Origin: an uncultured delta proteobacterium
Lineage (GTDB): Bacteria; Bdellovibrionota; FAC87; UBA2466
Direction: 5' to 3'
Assembly (NCBI GenBank): GCA_963778115.1
Contig: CAVZSV010000006.1
Location: forward strand, 128,001-192,000
Length of the DNA stretch: 64,000 nucleotides
In this document: positions 1 through 9,338 of the stretch, piece by piece
How positions within the stretch are numbered: the first letter of the stretch is position 1
Layout: each line of letters opens with the position of its first letter
Notes under the pieces: model-generated
Told to the model about the DNA's origin: nothing
Databases searched by the model: none
What the model saw: the letters and a program-made list of their open reading frames with translations, nothing else
Translations under genes and position numbers: made by a program

Positions 1-720
1 ACTAGTTCCGTGGACTTCGAGAGGTTGGGCCAGTTTTTTTCGGACTTGATAGAGCTGTCTTTTAACGGTTCCGATGGGGCGATTTACCTGTTCGGCGATG
101 TCTTTGATGGTCATCCCTTCGAAGTAAAAAAGTTCCGCAACCGTTCGGATTCCAAATTTGTCGGAGAGCTGAACTACCGCCGCTCGAACCTCTGCGCGCG
201 TTTCTTCTATGAGAAGCTTTTCCTCGGGTTTGAGTTCATATCCCGTAAGAAGATCTAAAGGAGAGTCACCGTCGTCGCCGGTTAAGGGCTTATTCAATGA
301 AATTTTTGTGTGCTTCTCACGATTGTAGCGATTGAGACTCTTTCGAAAAGCGGTAGCTCTTACCCAACCCAAGACATTAGAATGGCATTCCCGTCGCTTT
401 TGCCAAGCCACAAGGGCCACGTCCTGAGCAATTTCCTGAGCATCTTCCCAATTTTTTAGGACACTGAAACAACGATTCAGGACTGCAGGTTGTAATCGCG
501 CCCAAAGTTCCTCGAACGCTTTGCGATCTCCTTGTTGGGCACGTACCATGAGAGGGTCTAGAGCGCTCTCGGGAGGTTCGGGAACTTTCTGCTCGGGAAT
601 AGTGACCAGAGCGCATTCAGAGAGATCAACCGGGAAAGAATCCGTAACCGTGGCGGCTATCGCAACACGAGCGCTGGATAAAAGAAGAAATAGACTAGTG
701 CCAAGAAACGATAACAACAC
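1..720 (-). CDS. ECF (sigma-70 family) RNA polymerase sigma factor with N-terminal signal-peptide-like extension; 3' end runs off the window
   Basis: Missing from the ORF track; translated by hand. GTG at 720 follows GGAGG-ttggg and an in-frame stop lies at 763-765. Region 2-like LMVRAQQGDRKAFEELW...NWEDAQEIAQDV; region 4-like ELFYFEGMTIKDIAEQVNRPIGTVKRQLYQVRKKL. Confidence 0.85.
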   Translation of the reverse strand, partial: MLLSFLGTSLFLLLSSARVAIAATVTDSFPVDLSECALVTIPEQKVPEPPESALDPLMVRAQQGDRKAFEELWARLQPAVLNRCFSVLKNWEDAQEIAQDVALVAWQKRRECHSNVLGWVRATAFRKSLNRYNREKHTKISLNKPLTGDDGDSPLDLLTGYELKPEEKLLIEETRAEVRAAVVQLSDKFGIRTVAELFYFEGMTIKDIAEQVNRPIGTVKRQLYQVRKKLAQPLEVHGTS

Positions 721-846
721 CCCAACCTCCGAAAATCCAATTCCCTGTGTGAGCTTTAAGGCTTAACGTAAATGACGCGGTTGGACAACTTGAGAAAACG
801 TGACCTGACGAAGCTTATAAATTCAGTCATTTAAGTAACCGGCTTG

Positions 847-3800
847 CTAGGATTTACTTTTGGCGGCGGGATTCATTTGATCCCAAACCGACAAGCACTC
901 CTTTAGCCTTTGGCCCGCAGACAGACAGACTTGAACCAGACTTTGGTGGGCCCCTGCCCATCCTTTTACGGCGAGAAGTTCGCTAGTCAGAAATCTGCGG
1001 TATTCCACGGCCAAATCGTTGGCATTCACTAAACCGCGTTCAAAGCGTTTCAGGTTTTCAGTGTAAATTCGTCGAGCCATTTGAACGGTGATCTCTCGAG
1101 ACCGGGCGGTCTCTGTGGCAATTCCTAATGTCGCTTCCGAGGACTGCCACTCTTTTCTTGCGCTTCGTTTGGTCTGTTCAAATTCCAGTTCGGCAATTCC
1201 TTTGGATTTTATTTTCTCGCGGTAATCAGAATACGACACCAGACCGTCCAGAATGGGAACCGTCAAAGTGAGTGCCCCCGACCAATAAGACCCAGGAAGC
1301 CCGGTGGTGGATCTTAGGTCCGAGTTGTAGGCGAAATTAAGATCTAAAGAAGGCAGTAGCTTACCGAAATATTGGTCGATCCGTTTGTCGGCCGCTCCGA
1401 CCTTTTTTTCGTAAGCGATCCAATCGGGGCGCTTTGTGACTTCATTCGCCAGCGATGAGAGCACCGAGGTACCTTGTTTTTCAAAACGATCCTTCCACGG
1501 CCACTCCATCACAATATTATCGTGCCCGAGAAGGGATCTTAACTCCGCGCGAAACTGTTGAACCCGAATCTGGGCATCTCGCGCCTCGGCCAAAGCGTTT
1601 GCAAGATCGATCTCTATCTTTTCGACTTCTTGAGAGGGGACAAAGCCTTTTTGAAATCTCTCTTTGCTATTGTCCAAGAGCCGCTTTGTCATATCTGAAG
1701 TTTCTTTAAACACCTGGGTTTCCATTTCAGACTGCAAAACCCCGATGAGAGCGGTTGCCGCCTCCGATTCGGTTTTTAGAATGCTGGCTGCTACAAATTG
1801 TTCGTGGGATTGCTCTTCAAGCCCCGCGGCTCGAAAGGCTGCTATATCAGCGCCGAACCGAAAGAGGTTAAGGGAACTTGTAGCACCATAAGATCCGACG
1901 GAGGTATTGGAATTGTCTGCCGAACGAAACTCGGAGGCCGACAGGGTCAGCTGAGGGAGAAAGGAATAGCCCGCGGGAATATTCTTAGCACGAGTGCGCT
2001 CCAATTCCCCTTTTTGGATTCCTACCGTCGTACTACGGTCGACGATGGCTGAGACGGCCTGTTCAAAGGACAAGGCTTGCGGGGAATCAGTGGCACTAAG
2101 CGGCGCAGAGAAAAGTAAACCTATCAGAAATACTGGTGCCACGATCCAAGTGAGCGAGAGATGGCTAGGACTCGGCATCGTCGTCGCTTGAGAAGCATTT
2201 TGATCAGTCGCGACCCTAATCCCTCTGCGTAACCAGAAACAGTGAAGGGCGGGGACTAGAAAAAGCGTAAATAGCGTAGAGACTCCAAGGCCCCCAGCGA
2301 CGGCGATTCCTAAAGGTTGCAGGATCCGCCCCCCTTCTCCCATTCCCATGGTGATGGGGACCATGCCCAAAATCGTTGTGGCCGAAGTGATGAGGATCGG
2401 GCGCAAGCGTTTTCTGGCAGCTTCCACGACGGCATCGTGAGGGGAGAGCCCTTGCCCGAGGAGACGTTTTCCGAAATCGACGAGTAAAATACTATTGGCG
2501 ACGGCAATTCCGTTAAGAAGAATGATTCCCAAGATAGAGTTAAGTGACAATGTGCTATGAAAAACGTAGAGCGAAAAGAGAACTCCGATAAAGCCCAAAG
2601 GAACGGAAACTAAAACGATAAGCGCTTCACCCAGGCTTCCAAATTGAATCAATAAGGTGAGGAACATGATGGAGAGCGATAGTCCCAAAGCGATGGCGAG
2701 CTGGTGAATGGCATCATTGAGCTCCCGATCGGCATCCTGAAACTGAACGACATAGGAATCACCCATCACAGCCTTGTGATCTTTAATCCACTGCTCCACT
2801 ACGACTTTGGCCTTCTTTAAGTTGTCTCCCTTTAGAGATTCTTTGGCCTTATCGAGCCTTCCTTCGATCCGGGTAAGCTCCTGGCTGTCGATTCGGAAGA
2901 AGGAGGCAGGCGAGAGTACCGATTTAACTTCCATTAAAGCCGATAAGGGGACGATCTTAGCCCCGATTCCCAAGGGGAGGCTTATGATGTCCTCAGAATG
3001 TTTGGGAGAGGCTCTTTGAATTCCGTCGGAATAACGGAGAATAATGGGAACTGATTCATTCTTGAGAGGGAATTTTCCAACTTGTCTGCCCGAAGTCGCT
3101 ACTAAAGAGATGTCCGCCAGATCGCTGGGGTGAAGGGTAATTCCATTCTTGGTGAGTTGCTGCCATTGGTCCATGCGCGGCTGAAACGTTAACGTCTTTG
3201 CGCCGTGGGTGTTGGGAATGGTGGAAAGTCTCGAATACAGTTTGCTCTCTTCTAACCGGTCCGAAAGATCTGCTGCGATATTGCCACGCTTTTCGCTATT
3301 AGGCCCTATGAGATCGAGTTGAAGGGCCGGAGGATCGGGAATAGGAAGCTCGCTGGGGTTCCAAGGGGCTACAGTGAATTTAACGAACGGAGTATTACGA
3401 AACCGCTTTTCCATATCATTCCAAGCGGTCTTCATGTCTTTTTTATCTCTAAGTCGCGCTAGAATGCTTCCTTCGCTGGGGTCATAGACTTGGGTGAAAG
3501 TGTAATCGAGCCGATGGCCGAGCAAACGGGTGACGTCCCGTTCAATCTCATCGACCGTAGTTTCTAACTGACGCGAGGAGGTATTTCCCTCGGTGAAAAT
3601 ATCCAGCACGATCCAGTCAGTATCGGGAAGCCCCACAATCTCTCGAGGAAGCCTGGGAAGTGCTATGAAAAACAAAGCTCCCAAGGAGGCTAACAATAAG
3701 ACCAGAGTAGAAATCTGAATGCCGGGGCGTGTGACAAACTGTTCTAATAGTCGAGCGTAGGTCTTTTCCACCCACACGATGGGCCGCTCCAGCGGAGAAT

Positions 3801-5325
3801 GGCTCTGTTTTTCGTTCCCTTTTGCCATCAGCTGAAAGCGAATAGTCGGGACTAAGATGAGGGCCACAATCGCGGAAAATCCGTGGGAAAAGACCACGGC
3901 ATAGGCCAAATCGCCCAACAGGGCGTAACTCAAGTTTGAAGTGAATGTCAGGGGAAGAAAAACCACAAGCGAAGACAGAGTAGAGGCGATGATGGGGAAT
4001 CTGACTTCGCTGACGGCTTGACTTAAAATGCGCAACCTAGTGGGCGCGTCATGTCGGCCGGGAAGAGCTGCGAAATGGCGGAAGATATTTTCCATGACGA
4101 CTACGGAGGCGTCCACGTTCATTCCGGCGGAAAGGGCCAGCCCTCCCAGAGAGATGAGATTGAGGTTGATTCCAAAGAGGCGCATTAAAATGAAGGCCAG
4201 AACAATACTCAGCGGAATTTCAATAGCGGCAGTAACGACATTACGAAAGCTGCCTATGAAAACGAACAGGACGACAACCGCTAACAGAGCTGCCAGACAG
4301 ACCTCTTGAAAAACGTTTTGAATGGCCGATCGAATGAACTGAGACGGATCCACAAGAACACGGGTATGAATGTCCTTAGGCATGTCCCTGAGGGTGCGAT
4401 TTACTATCCCTATCATCTGTTCCGACATCCGCTTTACGTTTCCGCCGGGCCGAGGGGCTGCCCATAAAATAAGGCTCGGACTTCCACTGGATTTAAAGAT
4501 TTCGTTACTGCCAGACTTAGGCGCCCAATCGATGCGCGCTACGTCACTTAGATGTATGATCTTCCCGGACGGGGTGGGGATGATTACCTGATTTAGGTCT
4601 TCAAGCCTTTGAATTTGGCGAGGCATTTCGAGCTGGATCGTCCCTTTACCATTGCTAACCGAGCCCCCGGTCGTCCCTCGAAGCTCCGATTGAAGCGCCT
4701 CGTCGATATTTCTAGGAACCAGCTGAAGTGTTGCCATGACATCGGCTTTTAGATCGATCCGAACTTCGCGCTGGTCGGGATTATAAAGCACGGGATTGGA
4801 GGCATCATTTACCTGTGCCATTTGCGGCATCAACGCCGGTTTCAACAGATCGTAGAGAGCATCCAGGGAACGAGATTCGCTATAGAAACTGATGGCAAGA
4901 AATCCACCGTTTTGGCTGCGCAGTCCTATGTAAATACTTTCTCTAGATTCTTGAGAGAGACGGGAGGCAAAAGAGTTTACGACGTTTGCGACTTCTCGCT
5001 CCGCAAGTTGCGGGCTCATGCCCCACTGAAATTTCAATCGGTATTCGGCTTGTCGTCGAAGATATTGGGCTTCAATCGATTCGACCTCTACCCCGCGACT
5101 GTTCAGTCGCCTTAGCTGTGCCTCGAGGTCTGTTCCGAACGAATGAAGAAATTCGTCGGCCGTGGAAGTTCCGTACGAAATCTGGACATAGACTTCAGGC
5201 TTTGCACTATTGGGAAACAAAGAGATGGGAAGGTGCAATCCACACCACAGCCCAGCCGCCGCCAGTGCGCCGAGCAGTAGATAGACCCTTAAGGGTGATC
5301 CATAGAGTTTACTCAAATTCGGCAC
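847..5325 (-). CDS. RND efflux permease (AcrB/CusA family) fused to a C-terminal TolC/OEP-like outer-membrane factor
   Basis: About 1030 aa RND part (LPISLFP, NVDASVVVMENIFRH, RLRPILITS, PLGIAVAGGL). It is followed by a hydrophobic segment and about 420 aa of OEP-like helical repeats (FLPQLTLSAS, LLPSLDLNF, LTVPILDG, RFERGLVN). Confidence 0.9.
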   Translation of the reverse strand: MPNLSKLYGSPLRVYLLLGALAAAGLWCGLHLPISLFPNSAKPEVYVQISYGTSTADEFLHSFGTDLEAQLRRLNSRGVEVESIEAQYLRRQAEYRLKFQWGMSPQLAEREVANVVNSFASRLSQESRESIYIGLRSQNGGFLAISFYSESRSLDALYDLLKPALMPQMAQVNDASNPVLYNPDQREVRIDLKADVMATLQLVPRNIDEALQSELRGTTGGSVSNGKGTIQLEMPRQIQRLEDLNQVIIPTPSGKIIHLSDVARIDWAPKSGSNEIFKSSGSPSLILWAAPRPGGNVKRMSEQMIGIVNRTLRDMPKDIHTRVLVDPSQFIRSAIQNVFQEVCLAALLAVVVLFVFIGSFRNVVTAAIEIPLSIVLAFILMRLFGINLNLISLGGLALSAGMNVDASVVVMENIFRHFAALPGRHDAPTRLRILSQAVSEVRFPIIASTLSSLVVFLPLTFTSNLSYALLGDLAYAVVFSHGFSAIVALILVPTIRFQLMAKGNEKQSHSPLERPIVWVEKTYARLLEQFVTRPGIQISTLVLLLASLGALFFIALPRLPREIVGLPDTDWIVLDIFTEGNTSSRQLETTVDEIERDVTRLLGHRLDYTFTQVYDPSEGSILARLRDKKDMKTAWNDMEKRFRNTPFVKFTVAPWNPSELPIPDPPALQLDLIGPNSEKRGNIAADLSDRLEESKLYSRLSTIPNTHGAKTLTFQPRMDQWQQLTKNGITLHPSDLADISLVATSGRQVGKFPLKNESVPIILRYSDGIQRASPKHSEDIISLPLGIGAKIVPLSALMEVKSVLSPASFFRIDSQELTRIEGRLDKAKESLKGDNLKKAKVVVEQWIKDHKAVMGDSYVVQFQDADRELNDAIHQLAIALGLSLSIMFLTLLIQFGSLGEALIVLVSVPLGFIGVLFSLYVFHSTLSLNSILGIILLNGIAVANSILLVDFGKRLLGQGLSPHDAVVEAARKRLRPILITSATTILGMVPITMGMGEGGRILQPLGIAVAGGLGVSTLFTLFLVPALHCFWLRRGIRVATDQNASQATTMPSPSHLSLTWIVAPVFLIGLLFSAPLSATDSPQALSFEQAVSAIVDRSTTVGIQKGELERTRAKNIPAGYSFLPQLTLSASEFRSADNSNTSVGSYGATSSLNLFRFGADIAAFRAAGLEEQSHEQFVAASILKTESEAATALIGVLQSEMETQVFKETSDMTKRLLDNSKERFQKGFVPSQEVEKIEIDLANALAEARDAQIRVQQFRAELRSLLGHDNIVMEWPWKDRFEKQGTSVLSSLANEVTKRPDWIAYEKKVGAADKRIDQYFGKLLPSLDLNFAYNSDLRSTTGLPGSYWSGALTLTVPILDGLVSYSDYREKIKSKGIAELEFEQTKRSARKEWQSSEATLGIATETARSREITVQMARRIYTENLKRFERGLVNANDLAVEYRRFLTSELLAVKGWAGAHQSLVQVCLSAGQRLKECLSVWDQMNPAAKSKS

Positions 5326-6196
5326 TCTCTGCGGCTTGTACTTTTACGCGCTCCCCTTGAGCGACAAAAACACTGGAACGTAAGACGACCGACATTCCGT
5401 CGGCTAAACCGGAAGTGATTTCGACAAGCCCTTTTTGACTGGTTCCCAGTTGTACCTGAACAAATTTTGCGATGTCTTTATCTACAATTCTTACAAAAAC
5501 TTGGTTGTCGCGGTAAATGAGCGCGTACTCAGGAATTTCGATCCCCTTTCGGGCGCGAACTTTAAAAGTGACTCTGCCCAAGGAACCGCTTGGAACGAGG
5601 GGGACGTTTTTTTGAACATTCACCAGGGCGAGTTCGCAAGTGGCGGTGCCCGTCGCCGGATCCAGTTGAGGGCTTATCCCCGTTACTTTGACTTGGTAGC
5701 CGTGAGAAGACCCGTTTAATATCATCTCTCCGGTAAGGCCCAGACTTACCGAAGACAAATCACCACCCGCAATTTCGGCCACCGCCGTAATTTGGGAGGG
5801 ATCGGTAATAGAAGCAAGCTTCTGGCCTTTAGCGACACGAGTGCCCTGAGTCACTTCCATAGAGGTCACAACCCCCGATACCGGGGCTTGTATGACAAGC
5901 GGGCGATAGTTGAAGACGGGGTCGATGTGTTTCAAAACGAGTATGGGCGAGTGTCGTGGGACGGCCTTTCCTAAGGGAGAGACGATTTTCGAAACGATGG
6001 CATCTGCTTCGGCTACTACCGTTGCGTTAATCCGTGATTGGATCCGTACGGGATAGAGCAAGTCATCGTAAATCGTTTCTGCCTTCGCGATCGTTGTGAA
6101 AACGACAGGAATATCATCATCAGGATGCATCGGGGCTGCCGCATGGGCGGAACCCAAAGACAATAGCAATAGCAGGAGAATGGTTCGGCTCCACAT
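5309..6196 (-). CDS. RND efflux periplasmic adaptor (membrane fusion protein)
   Basis: Signal peptide; APVSGVV...G..V.KGQ lipoyl-like halves; ISPQLDPATGT; VEITSGLADG; overlaps the RND start. Confidence 0.9.
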   Translation of the reverse strand: MWSRTILLLLLLSLGSAHAAAPMHPDDDIPVVFTTIAKAETIYDDLLYPVRIQSRINATVVAEADAIVSKIVSPLGKAVPRHSPILVLKHIDPVFNYRPLVIQAPVSGVVTSMEVTQGTRVAKGQKLASITDPSQITAVAEIAGGDLSSVSLGLTGEMILNGSSHGYQVKVTGISPQLDPATGTATCELALVNVQKNVPLVPSGSLGRVTFKVRARKGIEIPEYALIYRDNQVFVRIVDKDIAKFVQVQLGTSQKGLVEITSGLADGMSVVLRSSVFVAQGERVKVQAAESAEFE

Positions 6197-6346
6197 ACTT
6201 CGAACTCCACTTTTTACCTTCTCAAAATTCTAGACCACCGGGAGCGGGAATATACCCGAAATGGAATATTCAGGCGAGATTTACCTTCTAAGTATTTAAT
6301 TTTAAATGATTTATTACAATGGCACCTATTCAACGATGGTTGCTCT

Positions 6347-6367
6347 AAAAAAAACCTCACTGCGAGG
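6347..6367 (-). terminator. Putative intrinsic terminator (attenuator) in the leader of the efflux operon
   Basis: Minus strand reads CCTCG-CAG-TGAGG-TTTTTTTT, a short hairpin followed by U8. Confidence 0.6.
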
Positions 6368-6453
6368 AATCGGAACGAAGCGACTGGGCCAATCCCATCG
6401 CAATATGAGTCGGGTTGGGTGTCGCCAATGCCTCCCAGGTCGGAATCCATGCC

Positions 6454-6513
6454 TTAATTGCAGCAGCAGCAATCGGAGCAGATCCCAACGCGAAGCGTGT
6501 ATAGCCTTCGCAT
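6454..6513 (-). CDS. Putative poly-cysteine leader peptide MRRLYTLRVGICSDCCCCN (19 aa)
   Basis: ATG 6513 to TAA 6454 with five TGC codons, four of them consecutive. It lies upstream of a terminator and of the efflux operon on the same strand. Confidence 0.65.
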   Translation of the reverse strand: MRRLYTLRVGICSDCCCCN

Positions 6514-6600
6514 GGTGAAAAACTGACAAACTTTTAGACAGTTAAAAATCCAATTGTGTCGTTCCGCACGAGCCCGTTTTGGCGCTGCTATAATTGATCG

Positions 6601-8055
6601 ATGAAGCATCTTGTGTGCGCACTAGTTTTCTTTTTATTAAGCCTTTCTCATGTCATGGCCGCTGAAATCACTACGGCAGGCCTCTTTAAAAAATACAAAC
6701 CGGCTGTCGTAAAAATTGAGATTCTTCAAAGTGGGGTACCCGTTTCCTTTGGGTCGGGCTTTTTTATTTCGGGTACGGGAAGACTCGCTACCAATTTTCA
6801 TGTCATGAAAAAGGCGTTCAGCCCGGGCTACAGCGTTCGGTTTCTTTTGGCGAATGGAAAAGCTTTTACCAATTATAAGATTGCGGCTTGTAGTGATAAG
6901 CGCGCCCTGGATTTATGCGTGCTGCAATTGGATGTGAAGCCGGAAAGCCATTTTTCCGCGAAGGCCTCGGCGATTGAAGTGGGCGACGACGTTTTTGTGA
7001 TCGGCCACCCCATGGGACTGGACTACACTTTAAGCACGGGAATTGTCAGTGGTTTGAGGGACGAGCCGGTACAAACTGACGATCATAAATTATTGAGCAT
7101 TGGACTCGTACAAATCACCGCCCCGATTAGTCCCGGAAATAGCGGGGGGCCTGTTTTTAACCGAAAGGGCGAGCTCTTGGGAATGTCGACGATGTTCTTG
7201 GGCGGGACGTCGACTCAGAATTTGAACTTCGCCATCAGTCAGGGTGAGATTTATCAGTATGCGAAATCTCATATCAGTCTGCAGAGTCCTGAAGAGTATT
7301 CCAAGCAGGCGCAAAAAAGATTGGCTTGGCTAGATGGAATTATTCGTTCGAACTTAACGGAACCCGCTTTAAAGTCTATTGCCGCTCATAAACCGCTTTC
7401 CAAAAAACAATTTGGTTGGGTGAAGTTAGTGGAAGGGGATAGTCAGTTCGAGTTCGCGCTTCCTTTGGCCTTCCTCCCCAAAGAGGATGGTGGCTCCGGC
7501 GGGGTTTGTGAAAAGAAAAACGACGTGCATCATGTGCGTCTTAGGTGCATGGATTTTCTGAAGTCAGGCGCTATCGAAGTCGAGATAGGCAGAGAAAACA
7601 TGACCTATCTCATCGAAAAAAGTTCCAAGCCAAGAAAACCTCGCCCCCTCAATGTGATTCAAGCGATGATGAGCCAGGGCGTTTGGCAGAATTATGAATC
7701 CAAGTTAACCCAGGAACAGAAAAGAGCCTTCTTTTCGAAACCGAGTCCTTGGACTTGCACCAAACACGGTCATACCAAAATTGCCGTAACCGATATGGCT
7801 TTCGAATGTGTTAGCTCCACCGTGAATGAGGGAGAGCCCAATCAGAATATGGTGTTTCATGGGGCGCAGCGTTCGATGTCCGATCGAGTGATCCAAGTTG
7901 TGGGAATTGCCGTGACGCCAGGATTCCAAGCCTTGGCGTTAGGGGGAAGTACGGTTGCTTTCTACACGCTTAAGGAAACCCCTTCGGAAAGAATACTTTC
8001 CGCAACTCCACCCAATGCCAGCGAAACGACACCTGCCCGTGGGTCTTTGAAGTAA
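6601..8055 (+). CDS. Secreted trypsin-like (S1C/HtrA-type) serine protease with unknown C-terminal domain
   Basis: Signal peptide; GSGFF, TNFHV, DLCVL, IGHPMGL, ISPGNSGGP triad motifs; no recognisable PDZ domain. Confidence 0.85.
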   Translation: MKHLVCALVFFLLSLSHVMAAEITTAGLFKKYKPAVVKIEILQSGVPVSFGSGFFISGTGRLATNFHVMKKAFSPGYSVRFLLANGKAFTNYKIAACSDKRALDLCVLQLDVKPESHFSAKASAIEVGDDVFVIGHPMGLDYTLSTGIVSGLRDEPVQTDDHKLLSIGLVQITAPISPGNSGGPVFNRKGELLGMSTMFLGGTSTQNLNFAISQGEIYQYAKSHISLQSPEEYSKQAQKRLAWLDGIIRSNLTEPALKSIAAHKPLSKKQFGWVKLVEGDSQFEFALPLAFLPKEDGGSGGVCEKKNDVHHVRLRCMDFLKSGAIEVEIGRENMTYLIEKSSKPRKPRPLNVIQAMMSQGVWQNYESKLTQEQKRAFFSKPSPWTCTKHGHTKIAVTDMAFECVSSTVNEGEPNQNMVFHGAQRSMSDRVIQVVGIAVTPGFQALALGGSTVAFYTLKETPSERILSATPPNASETTPARGSLK

Positions 8056-8218
8056 AGCACGGCTCCGTTTCAGGAACTGAACCAATCTTTTTATCGCTAA
8101 CGTAACGTAACTTTGACTAAAATTCGAAACGATAAGCGGTGACGATTCTTGCGTGTTGAGCATGACATGCAGTTTTGCTATTTTGCGCCTCTCTTTTGAG
8201 ATGATGGAGGCGAAGCAG

Positions 8219-9250
8219 ATGCGGATTCAGTTTTTTTTATTTTTAGTGACCGTGTTCGTTCTTTCGGCTTGTGGAGGGGGATCTTCGGTAAGCACAGCCC
8301 CTGTGGAGGCCGTTCACTCGCCCTTTCTCATTGCTATCGACCCCAAGGACCACGCGCGATTCGATGAAATTAGTAAGAGTGGGATTAAGACTCGCTTTAA
8401 GGAGCAGATCGAGTACCTAAGTTCGCATGGTCACGACTTGGAATGGTATCCCACCAACATAGGTCAGATTACGGAGCACGAAACGGTGCAGTTAATTTAT
8501 TTCGACTACTCCAAATATGTCGTTGGGTTTTGTTCAGGCGGATTTATTTCCGATAATTTTGTGGTGAGTGCCGGACATTGCAACCTATCCGTGTACGGTT
8601 TGTCGCGTGAAGGCGCTAGCTGCGAACATAATTTGCTGTTTGCGTATAAAAGCAAGCGGGACGGCAAGATGCAGTATTACCGTTGCGATCAAGTCATGGC
8701 GAGTGTTTATGACACTTCGGAATACTCCACTGACGAACAGGGGAAGGGTTCCTCCGAGAGGATTCATCGTTCCGATGACTATACTATCTATCGTTTAGCG
8801 AACGCCGCGGGAAACCCACCGCTTAAGGCTCCGATGGAGGCAAGTCGCGCGTGGTACCAAAAGTCTTCGGGAGTTCTAAAGGTGAACGATATCCTTCTTG
8901 GATTGGTAGTGGATCCTCCTTCTGGAAATTCTTCCTTCTTATCGAAGTACGATGTGGTGCTTAGTGAAGTCATCGATCCCCGATCTGCCGCCAAGACTGA
9001 AAATATGGCGCTCTATGATGGGGTGACCGGAAAACCGCTCTTTAATCGTTACCAGTCGGGAAATAGTGGTGCTCCTGTCTATTTGCTCTCCACGAAGCCC
9101 GCTATAAACCCCAAAACTTTAATTCCCTTTAGAGGCAACCGTATCTTTGCGGCTCCTCATTCAGGTTCGTGGCCGGGTAACGGGTACCATAATATGAGCA
9201 ATCCCTGGAGCTTGCTTTACCGGTTATTCGATATCGCGGAACATAGGTAG
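8219..9250 (+). CDS. Lipoprotein, trypsin-like serine protease
   Basis: ATG 8219 after GGAGG; lipobox LSAC; CSGGFI...SAGHC, DYTIY, SGNSGAP. Confidence 0.8.
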   Translation: MRIQFFLFLVTVFVLSACGGGSSVSTAPVEAVHSPFLIAIDPKDHARFDEISKSGIKTRFKEQIEYLSSHGHDLEWYPTNIGQITEHETVQLIYFDYSKYVVGFCSGGFISDNFVVSAGHCNLSVYGLSREGASCEHNLLFAYKSKRDGKMQYYRCDQVMASVYDTSEYSTDEQGKGSSERIHRSDDYTIYRLANAAGNPPLKAPMEASRAWYQKSSGVLKVNDILLGLVVDPPSGNSSFLSKYDVVLSEVIDPRSAAKTENMALYDGVTGKPLFNRYQSGNSGAPVYLLSTKPAINPKTLIPFRGNRIFAAPHSGSWPGNGYHNMSNPWSLLYRLFDIAEHR

Positions 9251-9338
9251 AGAATATTCCCCTAAGAAAACTTGCTTGCTTTCCGACTGGGTGCTTATAT
9301 TCGCGCCGAGTTACCACTCTGGCCGGAGACTGAAAGCG

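Noticed and set aside
10..766. ORF-track calls 10..258 (+), 377..616 (-) and 521..766 (+)
   Set aside because: They are shadows of the minus-strand ECF sigma gene, which has recognisable motifs.
847..940. C-terminal Cys residues of the TolC part (VCLSAG..ECLSV) as a Cys tag
   Set aside because: Paired cysteines are more likely an ordinary periplasmic disulfide.
6214..6529. ORF-track calls 6214..6450, 6306..6518 and 6326..6529
   Set aside because: They have no protein-like features, and the region is better explained as a leader/attenuator.
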